DNA from: an uncultured Dehalococcoidia bacterium
GTDB lineage: Bacteria > Chloroflexota > Dehalococcoidia > SM23-28-2 > RBG-16-64-32
Direction of reading: 5' to 3'
NCBI GenBank assembly: GCA_964558415.1
Contig: CAZLDI010000002.1
Coordinates: 10,712 to 74,711 of the forward strand
Length of the DNA stretch: 64,000 nucleotides
Part shown: positions 10,504-20,085 of the stretch, piece by piece
Layout: each line of letters starts with the position of its first letter
How positions within the stretch are numbered: position 1 is the first letter of the stretch
The notes under the pieces: model-generated
Told to the model about the DNA's origin: nothing
Databases searched by the model: none
What the model saw: only the letters and a program-made list of their open reading frames with translations
Position numbers and translations under genes: made by a program

Positions 10504-11339
10504 CCTTCGCCCTGTACCGCCCCGGCTGTCCCCGAGCGGCGTCCATAGAACCCTTCGATCGACTGATTGACCTCCGGGACCGACGCCGTTCCCTTCGCGA
10601 GGAGCCGTTGCAGAAACTTTTCGCGGCGCCCGATCTCCCGCTCGAGGTCGCGTGGCGCGAGGATGGCCCAGTTCGCCAGGGCATCCAATTGCTCCGGCTC
10701 CCACAGGACGTCGAAGGCGTCGCGTTCGATGTCCCATTTCGCGACCGTCAGCGTTGAGAGACCGTCATCTCCATCCGGACGAAGGAGCACTACTTCCAGG
10801 ATGCGTCGCATGGCGCCACCGAGCCGTCCGATGTACATCGGGATGACGAAGGTCAGCTTCGCGATCTGGCGCGACGGTATGTGAAGGTCGTCGCGAAGCT
10901 GCCTGATGACACCGGCGGTCGTTTCATCATGCATCGTCGTCGCCAATGAGTATCCCTTCGCCAGGAGCTCGAACGCCCGGCGCGCGTTGTCGTCCCAGGT
11001 ATAGACAGGGATATGGTCGCTCATCTCGTTGATCAGGAGGTACGTCGGATACGACGGCGAGATCGGTGGAACGTCGAATGGCTCGCCGACGCCGCGCGTG
11101 AAGTAGGCGAGCGTGTCAGGCGGGGTGAACGAAAGCAGGGCCGTGACCGTCGTCGTCTTGCCGGAGTTCGGTGGCTCTGCCGCGACAATGATCGAGGCGC
11201 CGCGCTCCATCGCCACCCAGAGCATGGCTGAGAGCCGGGCGTCCATGTTCCCGGCCTTGATCAACTCGATGACAGACATTGGCACGGGCGGCTCCCAGTG
11301 CCAGCCCCACCAGCTGACCGGACGGTTCACGGCGCGCAT
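10500..11339 (-). CDS. Stand-alone VirB11/CpaF-like P-loop ATPase (C-terminal domain only)
   Basis: Walker A-like PPNSGKTT, Walker B-like LLINEM, ATTMH His box, RRILEV. Confidence 0.7.
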   Translation of the reverse strand: MRAVNRPVSWWGWHWEPPVPMSVIELIKAGNMDARLSAMLWVAMERGASIIVAAEPPNSGKTTTVTALLSFTPPDTLAYFTRGVGEPFDVPPISPSYPTYLLINEMSDHIPVYTWDDNARRAFELLAKGYSLATTMHDETTAGVIRQLRDDLHIPSRQIAKLTFVIPMYIGRLGGAMRRILEVVLLRPDGDDGLSTLTVAKWDIERDAFDVLWEPEQLDALANWAILAPRDLEREIGRREKFLQRLLAKGTASVPEVNQSIEGFYGRRSGTAGAVQGEG

Positions 11340-11419
11340 GGCTTAGATAGTAGCAGGCGACGCGAGAGGAACGACAATCAGCATGCTGCCTAATGCGAGC
11401 AGTTTGCTAGAATAGCGCC

Positions 11420-12439
11420 ATGTCCACCATGGCGGCCGCCTTCATCTCCGCGAAGGAACAGATCTCCGTCCGGCAGACCGCGGTCCCTGCGCCCGGGCCG
11501 GGCCAGGTCCTGGTGCGGGTCAGGGCCTGCGGCGTCTGTGGGACCGACCTGCACTTCTACAGCGGCGCACTTCCTATTTCGCCCGAGGCGTCGCCTGGGC
11601 ACGAATACGCGGGCGAGGTGGCGGCGATCGGCGAGGGCGTGGAAGGAGTAGCGCTGGGACAGCGCGTCGCCGTTGAGCCGATCATCAGTTGTCGCGAGTG
11701 CTCTTACTGTCGCACGGGGTCCTACCACCTGTGCCGGAAGCTCGTGCGTCTGGCTACCCCGGGTACCGGCGCGCTGGCGGAATATGTGGCCGTGCCCGCG
11801 TACGCGCTCTACACGCTTCCGGAGGCGCTAGATTTCGAATTGGGCGCGCTCGTGGAGCCGCTCGCGGTCGCCGTGCATGGGCTGCACATCGCGGACCTGA
11901 AGCTGGGTGAGCGAGTGCTCGTTCTGGGCAGTGGGACGATCGGGCTGCTCTCGGTGCTCGCCGCGCGAGCCGCGGGCGCAGGCGAGATCATAGCCACGTA
12001 CCGGCATGAGCACCAGGGCGAGGCGGCGCTGGCGGTGGGCGCAGCCCGCGCCGTCAGGGCGGATGCCGTCTCGGGGCTGTCGAAGGAGAAGATCGACGTA
12101 GTTGTGGAGACGATCGGCGGGACCGCCCCTACGCTGGGAGAGGCGCTGGGCGTTGTCCGCCCGGGCGGGCGCATATCTCTGCTCGGCGTGTTCACCGGCG
12201 CAGTCCAACTGAATGCGCTGGTGCTGATGCTGAAGGAGGTCCGAATCGTGGGGGGCGTTACCTACTGCCGCCCGGGCGCGCACTCCGACTTTGACGTCGC
12301 CCTGCGCATCCTGGAGTCGGACCCAGAGCGCGCACGTGCGTTGATCACGCACCGCTTCCCGCTCGCCGATGCGGGGAAGGCGTTCGCGACGGCGGCAGAC
12401 AAGAGCACGCGCTCGCTTAAGGTGCAGGTGCAGACTTAG
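11420..12439 (+). CDS. Zinc-dependent alcohol dehydrogenase (MDR family)
   Basis: CGTDLH, GHE, CxxCxxC-x7-C, GSGTIG. Confidence 0.92.
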   Translation: MSTMAAAFISAKEQISVRQTAVPAPGPGQVLVRVRACGVCGTDLHFYSGALPISPEASPGHEYAGEVAAIGEGVEGVALGQRVAVEPIISCRECSYCRTGSYHLCRKLVRLATPGTGALAEYVAVPAYALYTLPEALDFELGALVEPLAVAVHGLHIADLKLGERVLVLGSGTIGLLSVLAARAAGAGEIIATYRHEHQGEAALAVGAARAVRADAVSGLSKEKIDVVVETIGGTAPTLGEALGVVRPGGRISLLGVFTGAVQLNALVLMLKEVRIVGGVTYCRPGAHSDFDVALRILESDPERARALITHRFPLADAGKAFATAADKSTRSLKVQVQT

Positions 12440-12446
12440 CTTCGCG

Positions 12447-13097
12447 CTAATTTTCCACGGCGAAGCCGCGCCAGCGCACGGCCCGGGCCGTCTCCACCTG
12501 AGACGTCATCTCCCTGATAGCGTCACCCAGTAGCTGCACCTCGACGGCCAGCCGCGTCCGCGCTGAAAGCTCCTCCAATAGGCGCTGCTTCGTCAGCAGA
12601 TCGGCGGCGACGCGCGAGCCGATATAGTCCGCCAGCCGGTCCGGGTTGCTGGGCATCTCGACGCTGCGCGCCCACTGCTGCGTCATCGCCAGGTAGAGGC
12701 GAATGTATTCCGCGAACAGAGAACCGGCGTCGCCCGCGAGCTCTTGTGTTTTCGGCTCGTCGTCCGCCTTCGTGGCCAGCAACTCGACTTCGCCAACCAG
12801 GTATGGCCTGTCGCTGGAGGTGCTGCTGACACGGAAGCGTTCGCCGCCCAGGCAGATCAGGTTCAGGCGTCCCTCTTCGACCTGCTGCACCTGAGCGATG
12901 TGCGCTGTCGTCCCGACTTCAAAGGATTCGACTGCTTCGGCGACCTCGCGGCCGCGGCGGATCAACAGGACGCCGAAGGGCCGCTTCTCGTTGAGGCACA
13001 TGTTGACCATGGTCTTGTACCGTTCCTCGAAGATGTGCAGAGGGAGAGTCGCTCCAGGAAAGAGGACGGTGTTCAGCGGGAAAAGCGGCAACTCCAT
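12447..13097 (-). CDS. LON peptidase substrate-binding domain protein
   Basis: LPLFPLNTVLFPG..LPLHIFEERY, FGVLLI, G.ERFR. Confidence 0.92.
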   Translation of the reverse strand: MELPLFPLNTVLFPGATLPLHIFEERYKTMVNMCLNEKRPFGVLLIRRGREVAEAVESFEVGTTAHIAQVQQVEEGRLNLICLGGERFRVSSTSSDRPYLVGEVELLATKADDEPKTQELAGDAGSLFAEYIRLYLAMTQQWARSVEMPSNPDRLADYIGSRVAADLLTKQRLLEELSARTRLAVEVQLLGDAIREMTSQVETARAVRWRGFAVEN

Positions 13098-13105
13098 GGG
13101 CGGCC

Positions 13106-13339
13106 TCAGCGCGCCGAGATGCGCTCGCCAAGCAGCCAGCGCGCCCTCTTCTCATCGCTGCTGCGCACGAATACCTGCAGGCTGCCGGGTGTAGGCGGCA
13201 GGCCGAATGGGACTAGTGGGTCAGCGCTTTTAGCGAGTGAAGGGACACCCTCCGCGGCGAGGACGTCCCGCCAGACGATAGCCTCCAGTTCGTCGTGCGC
13301 GATCCCGATGATGATCAGCCGCTCGCCGTCACGGCTCAT
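13106..13339 (-). CDS. DUF2007-like small protein
   Basis: DELEA.VW..VL.AEGVP...QVFV...DEKRAR.LL. Confidence 0.7.
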   Translation of the reverse strand: MSRDGERLIIIGIAHDELEAIVWRDVLAAEGVPSLAKSADPLVPFGLPPTPGSLQVFVRSSDEKRARWLLGERISAR

Positions 13340-13402
13340 GCGCTTATCTTACGCCAAATGACGAACGACGCTCGGTTAGAAGTAGCAGCTGAGGGGGCAT
13401 GT

Positions 13403-16036
13403 CTAGCCCTTAGCGATGTTTACGCTGACCGCCGACGAATCGCCATCGAACAGGCCGACAACTGCCCCGCCGTCATGCAAGAGCGGGGCGTGCAGCGCCT
13501 TCGGTAGCACGGCCTCCGTCAAGTGAGCCTTCAGGCGCAGGTCGCTGCCCCTGCTGTGCAGGACAACGGTGTCACCTTCGCTCAGGCCCAGCGTCGCCGC
13601 GTCCTCGGGGTTGATGCTCACGGCCTCTTCGCGGTGTAACCGGTCTGCGTCGGGCGAGTGGATCGCCGCTGCTTCATAGCTTGTGAACAGCGTGCGGCTC
13701 GTCATCAGCCGGAAGCCACCTCCATCGGCTGCGGCAAGCGCCGGCACATCCTGCCGCTCCGTGTGCCTGGGGCCCAGCCCGTGTAGGTGCTGCTGCGCGC
13801 CGGAGTCCATCTCACGGTAGGTGCAATCTCTGTACAGGGGGACGACCTCAGCGATCTCAGCCATGACCTCGCTGGCGCTCTGGAAGTTGATGCGGATCTC
13901 GCCGGGATTCAGTCTCGCCGCGAGCAGAGATCCAAGCTCGCATAAGATCCGCCAGCCCTGGCGCGCTTCTCCCTGCGCGGCGGCCCCCTCGTGGAGGCGC
14001 AGCACGCGGCGGTCGGCGCTCGTCGTAGTCCCTTCTTTGCTCCAGGCAGGGACGTCCGGCAGCACGACATGCGCTTGTTTCGCAGTGTCCGTCGGCAGGG
14101 AATCGACGACCGCCAGGAAATCCAGAGCCTCTAACGCCTTGCGCACGTTTGCGCGCGGTGGGGCGAGCATGAGCGGGTTGTCGTTCATGACCACAAGGGC
14201 CCTGAGCTTGCCACCGGCGATCATATCGTCGAACGACAGTCCGCTGGCCGCGGGTATAGGCGCGCCCCAGAGCCGCTCCATCTCTTTACGCGCGCCTTCG
14301 TCCGCCACGGCGCGATACGCGGGTAGCAGCTCCGGTGAACCGCCCATGTCGCGCATCCCCCACACGTTGGCCGACTGAGGGAGAAGGAAGAGCGCATCTG
14401 CGGCTGAGTCGCCCGCGCAGGTGATGGCGATGTTGGCGAGCGCCGCGGTGATCGCCTTCGTCTCGCTCGCGCCGAAGTGCGGTAGTGCATACACAACGGA
14501 AACCGGCTGCATGTCAGATTGCCTCGAGGCCGCGCTCAGGACCGCCGCGGCCGCCCGGAGCGTCTCCTCGAATTCGTCCAGTTCGCTGCCGTTGGTCGAG
14601 ACCAGCGCCCCGTCCAGCGCGGTCACCGCGACCGCCTCATCGCCCGGACGCGGTCTGATCCACACGTCGGCGAAGTCGCATAGCTCGCCCCAGACGGGGC
14701 TGATGACCACAAGCTTTGCCTTCATCCCGACGACTGCGTCCTTGACGCGCAGCGCAGCGATGTTGTGGCTCGATTCGAGGTCACCTGCCACGACGAGCAC
14801 AGTCCTGGATTTCGCAATGCGCCGCAGGTCCGCAGGCAGCACCTCGCTGCCGAACGCCGCACGAAGACTGCCGGCGGCGGCGCGCGCGACCGCGCCCGCG
14901 GTGGAGTCCACGTTGTTCGTGCCGATTACGGCCCGCGCGATCTTGCTTACGAGGTAATTCTCTTCGTTCGACGCCAGCGGCGAGCCCAGGAAGCCGATCG
15001 AGTCGGGCCCGTGCTCCTCGCGAATCTGCGCGAGACGCTCCACGGCGAACGCCAGAGCCTCTTCCCAGCTCGCGGCGTGCTGCGGGCCGTTGCGACGAAT
15101 GAGCGGGGTCTGAAGCCTCTGTGACGGCTTGACGGCGTCGTAATGAAAACGGCCGCGCACGCAGAGCTGGCTCCCACTGACCGGGTTAGCCGTCATGTCG
15201 GGCCGTACGATGACGCCACGGCCTTTCTTGCTGCCAAGCGAGATCGAGCAGCCGACCGAGCACTGGGTGCACGTTGTACCCATCCAGCGCTCCGTTTGCG
15301 TCGCGCCCCATTTGTTAGGATGCTCCATCAGCGTCGCTGTTGGGCAGACGTCGATGCACGAGCCGCAGAAGTCGCAGTTCGATTCGTGGACCTGACCGCC
15401 GGCGCCGAAGGCGATGCGAGTGCTGAAGCCGCGACCGGCAAGAGTGATCGCGCCTGTGTGGCGGATCTCGTCGCAGGCGCGGACACAGCGGGTGCAGATG
15501 ATGCACATCTGCGGGTCAAACTCCAGGAACGGATTCGCCTGGTCCGGCTCCGGTTGCTGGATGTTGTAGTAGGTGCGATCATCTCCGTCCCACGGCTCGT
15601 AGCCCGCCATCTCCAGCATCTCGCACGTGGTCTGGAGCTCGCAGCGGTAGTTCTTGGAGCACGTCAAGCAACGATGCGTGACCACGCCGTCCCGCAGACA
15701 CGTATCGCCCGGCTTGCACTTGACCACGCGGTGGCAGGTGAGGCAGCGGTCCGAGTGGTAGGAGAGGATAAGCGAGAGTACGGCCTGGCGCGTAGATTTC
15801 GCCTCTTGCGTATCCGTCCGTACGATCATCCCGTCAGCGACGCGCGTGGTGCAGGAGAGCTGGAGGCCGCGGGCGCCCTCGATATCCACGAGGCAGGTGC
15901 GGCAGCCCGCGTACGCGGGCAAGCCATCGACGTAGCAGAGGTTGGAGATGAACGTCCCGGAGTTCTTGATGACTTCGACGAGCGGAGCGCCCTCGGGCGC
16001 CTCGAGTTCGCTGCCGTTGAGTGTCAGTTTGGCCAC
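13403..16036 (-). CDS. NuoG/formate dehydrogenase alpha-like multi-Fe-S molybdopterin oxidoreductase-family protein
   Basis: N-terminal 2Fe-2S Cys set, HxxxCxxCx5C, CIICTRCVRAC, CDFCGSCIDVCP, CTQCSVGC...C, SNEENYL, C-terminal molybdopterin-binding domain. Confidence 0.85.
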   Translation of the reverse strand: MAKLTLNGSELEAPEGAPLVEVIKNSGTFISNLCYVDGLPAYAGCRTCLVDIEGARGLQLSCTTRVADGMIVRTDTQEAKSTRQAVLSLILSYHSDRCLTCHRVVKCKPGDTCLRDGVVTHRCLTCSKNYRCELQTTCEMLEMAGYEPWDGDDRTYYNIQQPEPDQANPFLEFDPQMCIICTRCVRACDEIRHTGAITLAGRGFSTRIAFGAGGQVHESNCDFCGSCIDVCPTATLMEHPNKWGATQTERWMGTTCTQCSVGCSISLGSKKGRGVIVRPDMTANPVSGSQLCVRGRFHYDAVKPSQRLQTPLIRRNGPQHAASWEEALAFAVERLAQIREEHGPDSIGFLGSPLASNEENYLVSKIARAVIGTNNVDSTAGAVARAAAGSLRAAFGSEVLPADLRRIAKSRTVLVVAGDLESSHNIAALRVKDAVVGMKAKLVVISPVWGELCDFADVWIRPRPGDEAVAVTALDGALVSTNGSELDEFEETLRAAAAVLSAASRQSDMQPVSVVYALPHFGASETKAITAALANIAITCAGDSAADALFLLPQSANVWGMRDMGGSPELLPAYRAVADEGARKEMERLWGAPIPAASGLSFDDMIAGGKLRALVVMNDNPLMLAPPRANVRKALEALDFLAVVDSLPTDTAKQAHVVLPDVPAWSKEGTTTSADRRVLRLHEGAAAQGEARQGWRILCELGSLLAARLNPGEIRINFQSASEVMAEIAEVVPLYRDCTYREMDSGAQQHLHGLGPRHTERQDVPALAAADGGGFRLMTSRTLFTSYEAAAIHSPDADRLHREEAVSINPEDAATLGLSEGDTVVLHSRGSDLRLKAHLTEAVLPKALHAPLLHDGGAVVGLFDGDSSAVSVNIAKG

Positions 16037-16041
16037 AAGCG

Positions 16042-16542
16042 TCAGCGGGTGCGGTCGCGCTCGGCGGGCTTGCCGAGGTGCAGAGGTATCTCCTCCAGCA
16101 CCGGGGCTTTCTTTCCGTTCGGGTAGTTGTGTTCGTGCGTGTGCAGGTGCTGCTGCGCCATCTTCGTCAGCGCGTGCTTGTCGCGGTACAGCTCGTTGAA
16201 GTCATACGTTGCGTCGTCCAGCGGCCCTCCCGCCTGAATCGCTTCGTACGGGCAGGCCTCCACGCAGAGGCCGCAGTACATGCAGAGGCGGAAATCGATT
16301 TCGTAGCGGTCGATGTTCAGCGCGCCGTCTTCGCGGGGCGACGTGTGCACCAGGATGCAGCCGTCCGGGCAGGCCTGTGCGCAGGTGGAGCACCCGGTGC
16401 AACGCTCCTCGAACCAGAGCAGGTTCGTGCGGGCGTTGACGGGGATGGGGCGGATCTCTTCCGGGTACTGGGTTGTGAACGGCCGCCGGATGAGATAACG
16501 GAGGGTTACGCTCAACCCTTTGGCGATACCCGTACCGAACAT
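16042..16542 (-). CDS. nuoI: NADH-quinone oxidoreductase subunit I
   Basis: T.QYPEE, CTGCSTCAQACP, CMYCGLCVEACP; start set at MFGTGIAKG. Confidence 0.88.
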   Translation of the reverse strand: MFGTGIAKGLSVTLRYLIRRPFTTQYPEEIRPIPVNARTNLLWFEERCTGCSTCAQACPDGCILVHTSPREDGALNIDRYEIDFRLCMYCGLCVEACPYEAIQAGGPLDDATYDFNELYRDKHALTKMAQQHLHTHEHNYPNGKKAPVLEEIPLHLGKPAERDRTR

Positions 16543-16597
16543 TAGCTCAGCGTCCTCCAGCGCAAGTGTAACCGAACGCGACCGCTGGTGAAAGAAA

Positions 16598-17389
16598 TCA
16601 CGAGGGCATATGTTGCCCAAGGAGGAAGCTGGAGACGGCCTCGACGAACATCTGGGGCGCCATTGCCTGCGCGACGTGCCCCTGGCCCTTCAGCTCTGCG
16701 ATCTGGTGATTTGGAAGGACGCGGGCGAGGGCATCCGTTACATAGTTGTCCCGAGGGCTCTCGCTACCCACCAACAGGAGGACTGGCATCGTAAGACCAC
16801 GGAAGTGTGAAGCATCGAAGTCGTACCGGGCGAAAGCGCGGATGTCGGCGAGCGTCGCCGGTGCATCGGCCACCATAGGCGGCCAGAACGGCGAAGCTCG
16901 TGCCGCATCCACGAATGGCTGAGGTACCTTCGGTCCCTCGAGCAGAAACGTCCGAACGACACCGTCCCAGTCTCCCTGTGCTGCTGCCTCCTCCATCCGT
17001 GCCAGGGCGCCGTCCGCCACCGCGTCTACCACAGGCGGCTCGTACAGGACGAGCTTGTGGACCAGCGCCGGACTCGCGGCGGCACCGCCCATCGCGCAAT
17101 GAGCGCCGCCCGAGTGTCCCAGGACGAAGGCGGGTTCGCCGACAGCCTGAATTAGCGCCGCCACGTCTCCGAACTCTTCCTCCAGGCGACGGTCTCGCGG
17201 CGCGGTGGTCTCGCCGCGGCCGCGGCGGTCCATGGCGAATACGGTAAAACGCGGACTCAGCAGGCCTTTGACTACCGCCCAAGTCGACTCATGGTCACCC
17301 ATCGCGCCATGGACAAGCACGAGCGACGGGCCATCGCCGTAGCGATCGTACGATACGAAGGAGCCGTCCTCTAACTTCACGCGCTCCAT
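16598..17389 (-). CDS. Alpha/beta hydrolase
   Basis: LVHG, DRRGRG, GHSGG, LYEPP, GQGH. Confidence 0.9.
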   Translation of the reverse strand: MERVKLEDGSFVSYDRYGDGPSLVLVHGAMGDHESTWAVVKGLLSPRFTVFAMDRRGRGETTAPRDRRLEEEFGDVAALIQAVGEPAFVLGHSGGAHCAMGGAAASPALVHKLVLYEPPVVDAVADGALARMEEAAAQGDWDGVVRTFLLEGPKVPQPFVDAARASPFWPPMVADAPATLADIRAFARYDFDASHFRGLTMPVLLLVGSESPRDNYVTDALARVLPNHQIAELKGQGHVAQAMAPQMFVEAVSSFLLGQHMPS

Positions 17390-17455
17390 GGGGATCCTCC
17401 TTCGCGACTAAACGCGGTTCCGCCAAGAGGTTGCTTGGCGCTCAGAATGACACGG

Positions 17456-17956
17456 TCAAGCCGCCGGGACGACGTACTCTCCGCCGGCAGCCTGGTTCGA
17501 AGACACCTTCTTCGTCGCCACGTTCTTCGCCTTCCAGAACGCCTCCGCGAACTGTTTGACCAGGTCAAGCAACTGATTGGCGGCGTCGGCGTCGATATTC
17601 TGGCGCGCCTTGGAGGCGGTCTTCATGATGTTGTCCACCAGCTCTCCCAGACCATCCGGGCTGTTTTCCGGCTTGAAGAAGTCGCCTCGAATGATGCGGA
17701 CCTCGTGCTTGACGATCTCCGCGTGGGATTCCTTGACCGCGGTGTACCGCGCCAGCGCGTGCATGTACTTGTCGCGAGCGGCCTTCTCCATTGCCGGGGC
17801 CTCCAGCGCTTCGATCAGCTGGTTCATGCGGATGACCGAGAGGGCGGCGACCTGCGCGTAGTGCGGGTCGTAGATGCCGCAGGGGATGTCGCAGTGGGCG
17901 TGGCCGTCCTCGGCCGGCAGCAGGCGGTTCACCAGGGCGAAAGCTTGTCGTAGCAT
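17456..17956 (-). CDS. sodN: Nickel superoxide dismutase precursor
   Basis: Ni-hook HCDIPCGIYDP after a 20-aa leader; AAGGAGG RBS. Confidence 0.95.
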   Translation of the reverse strand: MLRQAFALVNRLLPAEDGHAHCDIPCGIYDPHYAQVAALSVIRMNQLIEALEAPAMEKAARDKYMHALARYTAVKESHAEIVKHEVRIIRGDFFKPENSPDGLGELVDNIMKTASKARQNIDADAANQLLDLVKQFAEAFWKAKNVATKKVSSNQAAGGEYVVPAA

Positions 17957-18024
17957 CGGGTTCCTCCTTCGGGTGCGTGTCGTTGGGCGAAATCGTTACG
18001 GGCTAGAATCTACTACAGTTGCCG

Positions 18025-18465
18025 ATGAACCGAAAGACCTTCCGCCGTGTCTTGAGCGCCGCCAGTGCCGTTCCGGGCGCGTATCCGCTCCTGGCGTGCC
18101 TCACGGCGCGCCGCATCGTCGTGCGCGGAGAGAGCATGTGGCCGACGTTGTCGCCGGGAGAACGCGTGATTTTCGATCGGTTGGCGTACGTCCTCCGAGC
18201 GCCGAAGGCAGGGGATATCGTTCTGGCGCGGCACCCCTCGCGGCCGGGGGTGCGGTTCATCAAGCGCGTTGCCGAAGAGCAGGGCGTTGGCGAGGGGCGC
18301 GTCAGTGAGGCGACGCAACCCCTGGGATGGACGTTGCTGGGCGATAACCCGGGTGCCAGCACGGACTCACGGCAGCTTGGGCCGTTCCGGCGCGAGGACA
18401 TCATGGCGCGCGCATGGCTGGTCTACTGGCCCTTGGAGCGATTCCGGGCGATTCGATCGCTGTAG
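18025..18465 (+). CDS. sodX: NiSOD maturation protease (S26 peptidase)
   Basis: V.GESMWPTL..G, GDIV..RHP, IKRV, GDNP..STDSR..G; divergent from sodN. Confidence 0.88.
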   Translation: MNRKTFRRVLSAASAVPGAYPLLACLTARRIVVRGESMWPTLSPGERVIFDRLAYVLRAPKAGDIVLARHPSRPGVRFIKRVAEEQGVGEGRVSEATQPLGWTLLGDNPGASTDSRQLGPFRREDIMARAWLVYWPLERFRAIRSL

Positions 18466-18485
18466 GGCCGCGTCATGATGCGCCC

Positions 18486-18995
18486 CTACCCTTCCGACTG
18501 GGACATCTTCCCGATCTGCGCTACCCACGCCGCCGGGTCCAACCGGGGCGCGTGCTTCACGCCGAGCTGGTGCATCCAGAAGTCCGGACGCTCGATGTCT
18601 GTTCTTCCACGACCGTAGGCGAGGTAGACGTCCCAGGCGAGTCCGGGGCCTTCGCCGAGGCCGATGGATTCTTTCGCGGTAATCGCGAGCGCCCGGCCCA
18701 TGCGGCGCGCAAGGTGGCGCTCGCCGTCCCAGTAGTGCTGCGCTCGACGCTCGGCGAAGCGCTCAGCCGTTAGTCGCGCCGCCGCTTCGTCATCGGGCGG
18801 CAGCATCGGCGCCCACGCGCAATAGACGAGTACATCGGCGTCAGGCATGGCCTCCAGAAGCCCCGCTCCCGCACGGGAAGCGCCCTGAAGGCACATCTCT
18901 CAAGTGGGCGAGACGATCAGGAGCAGGCGGACGTGGGTCGAGGCGGACGTGAAGTCTGAGAGAAGCGGTTCCAGAGTAGAGTCTAGCCGTAGCAT
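18486..18995 (-). CDS. Putative selenoprotein, thioredoxin-like fold, UxxC motif (TGA at 18900-18902 read as Sec), 169 aa
   Basis: MLRLDSTLEPLLSDFTSASTHVRLLLIVSPT-TGA-EMC continues in frame into the ORF-track 136-aa ORF; SECIS-like hairpin follows. Confidence 0.8.
18850..18892 (-). promoter_or_regulatory. Bacterial SECIS-like hairpin
   Basis: GCCTTCAG/CTGGAGGC lower stem; CGCT(T)CCC-GTGC-GGGAGCG upper stem; apical loop starts with G 26 nt after the UGA. Confidence 0.7.
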
Positions 18996-19039
18996 GTGGT
19001 TGTCAGGTGAAGCGCCCCGGTCCCGGTATTGGATGAGGC

Positions 19040-19696
19040 TTACGCTCGCTGTCGAGCGATAGCCGAGTCCGGAACGTGTTCGTCCGTGTACGGCGGGAAG
19101 AGCGACTCCAGCTCCCTGCGCACCGGGTCGCCTTCAGGCAGGTAGCGGCTGAAGTCGCCGCTGGGGAGCTTGCGGTCACGGTCGCCCGAGAGCTTCGCGT
19201 GCTTGATCTTCTCCTGGAGTAGCATCAACCCTTGGAGCAGCGACTCCGGGCGTGGCGGACAACCCGGCACGTAGACGTCCACCGGGATGATCAGGTTGAC
19301 GCCTGGCAGCGTGCTGTAGCCGTAGGCGAACGGCCCGCCGATTGTCGCGCAGGAACCCATGCTGATCACGTAACGCGGCTCCGCCATCTGGAGATAGATG
19401 CGGCGTACGGGCACTGCCATCTTCCACGTGACTGTACCGGCGACGATCATCAGGTCGCTCTGCCGCGGCGACGGCCGGAACAGCTCCGCGCCGAAGCGCG
19501 CGATGTCGTAGCGAGGCATCGCCGTCGCGATCATCTCCATCGCGCAGCAGGCGAGCCCGAAGGCGGCAGGCCAGAGGGAGGACCGCCGCGCCCAGTTCAC
19601 GATTCCTTCGACGGACGCCAGCATGATGTTCTGCCGTATCGACTCTTCGACGGACTCGGCGGCGGTGTCGGTGACACGAATCAGGGGCTCAACCAC
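19040..19696 (-). CDS. nuoB: NADH-quinone oxidoreductase subunit B
   Basis: [45 protein letters not shown]. Confidence 0.95.
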   Translation of the reverse strand: MVEPLIRVTDTAAESVEESIRQNIMLASVEGIVNWARRSSLWPAAFGLACCAMEMIATAMPRYDIARFGAELFRPSPRQSDLMIVAGTVTWKMAVPVRRIYLQMAEPRYVISMGSCATIGGPFAYGYSTLPGVNLIIPVDVYVPGCPPRPESLLQGLMLLQEKIKHAKLSGDRDRKLPSGDFSRYLPEGDPVRRELESLFPPYTDEHVPDSAIARQRA

Positions 19697-19728
19697 GGCG
19701 TTCTCCGATTGGGAATTGTATCACAAGC

Positions 19729-20085
19729 TCATGCGTCGGGATGGTCCCCAGGCCTCGGCCAGATGTTTCGGCGCAGAGCGGTCCCGAGTGCACTGGAAAG
19801 CAGGCATGTTCCGCTAACGAACACGACTACCAAGGCCCCCAGATATGCGCCATTCGCCGAGAGCGCAAACGCGGGCGCTAAGAGCACCAATGGAATCCCT
19901 GTGAGTAGCAGCAGCCAAACTGACATCGTCTTCGCGTTAACGAAGTACCCTACGAGGAACGCACATCCGATTATTACAGACTGCACCAGGAGCCCCGGAA
20001 TGGACTCGGACGCCAGCAGCAACGACAACGCCAGAACGGGACCTGTCAGAATGATTGTTGCCCAGGTCTCAACCAGTCTTCCCAC
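19729..20085 (-). CDS. Hypothetical membrane protein (about 4 TM)
   Basis: Hydrophobic ORF filling the gap between iscS and nuoB on the same strand. Confidence 0.55.
   Translation of the reverse strand: MGRLVETWATIILTGPVLALSLLLASESIPGLLVQSVIIGCAFLVGYFVNAKTMSVWLLLLTGIPLVLLAPAFALSANGAYLGALVVVFVSGTCLLSSALGTALRRNIWPRPGDHPDA

Noticed and set aside
13403-16036. Selenocysteine formate dehydrogenase
   Set aside because: No in-frame TGA and no Cys/His at the catalytic position
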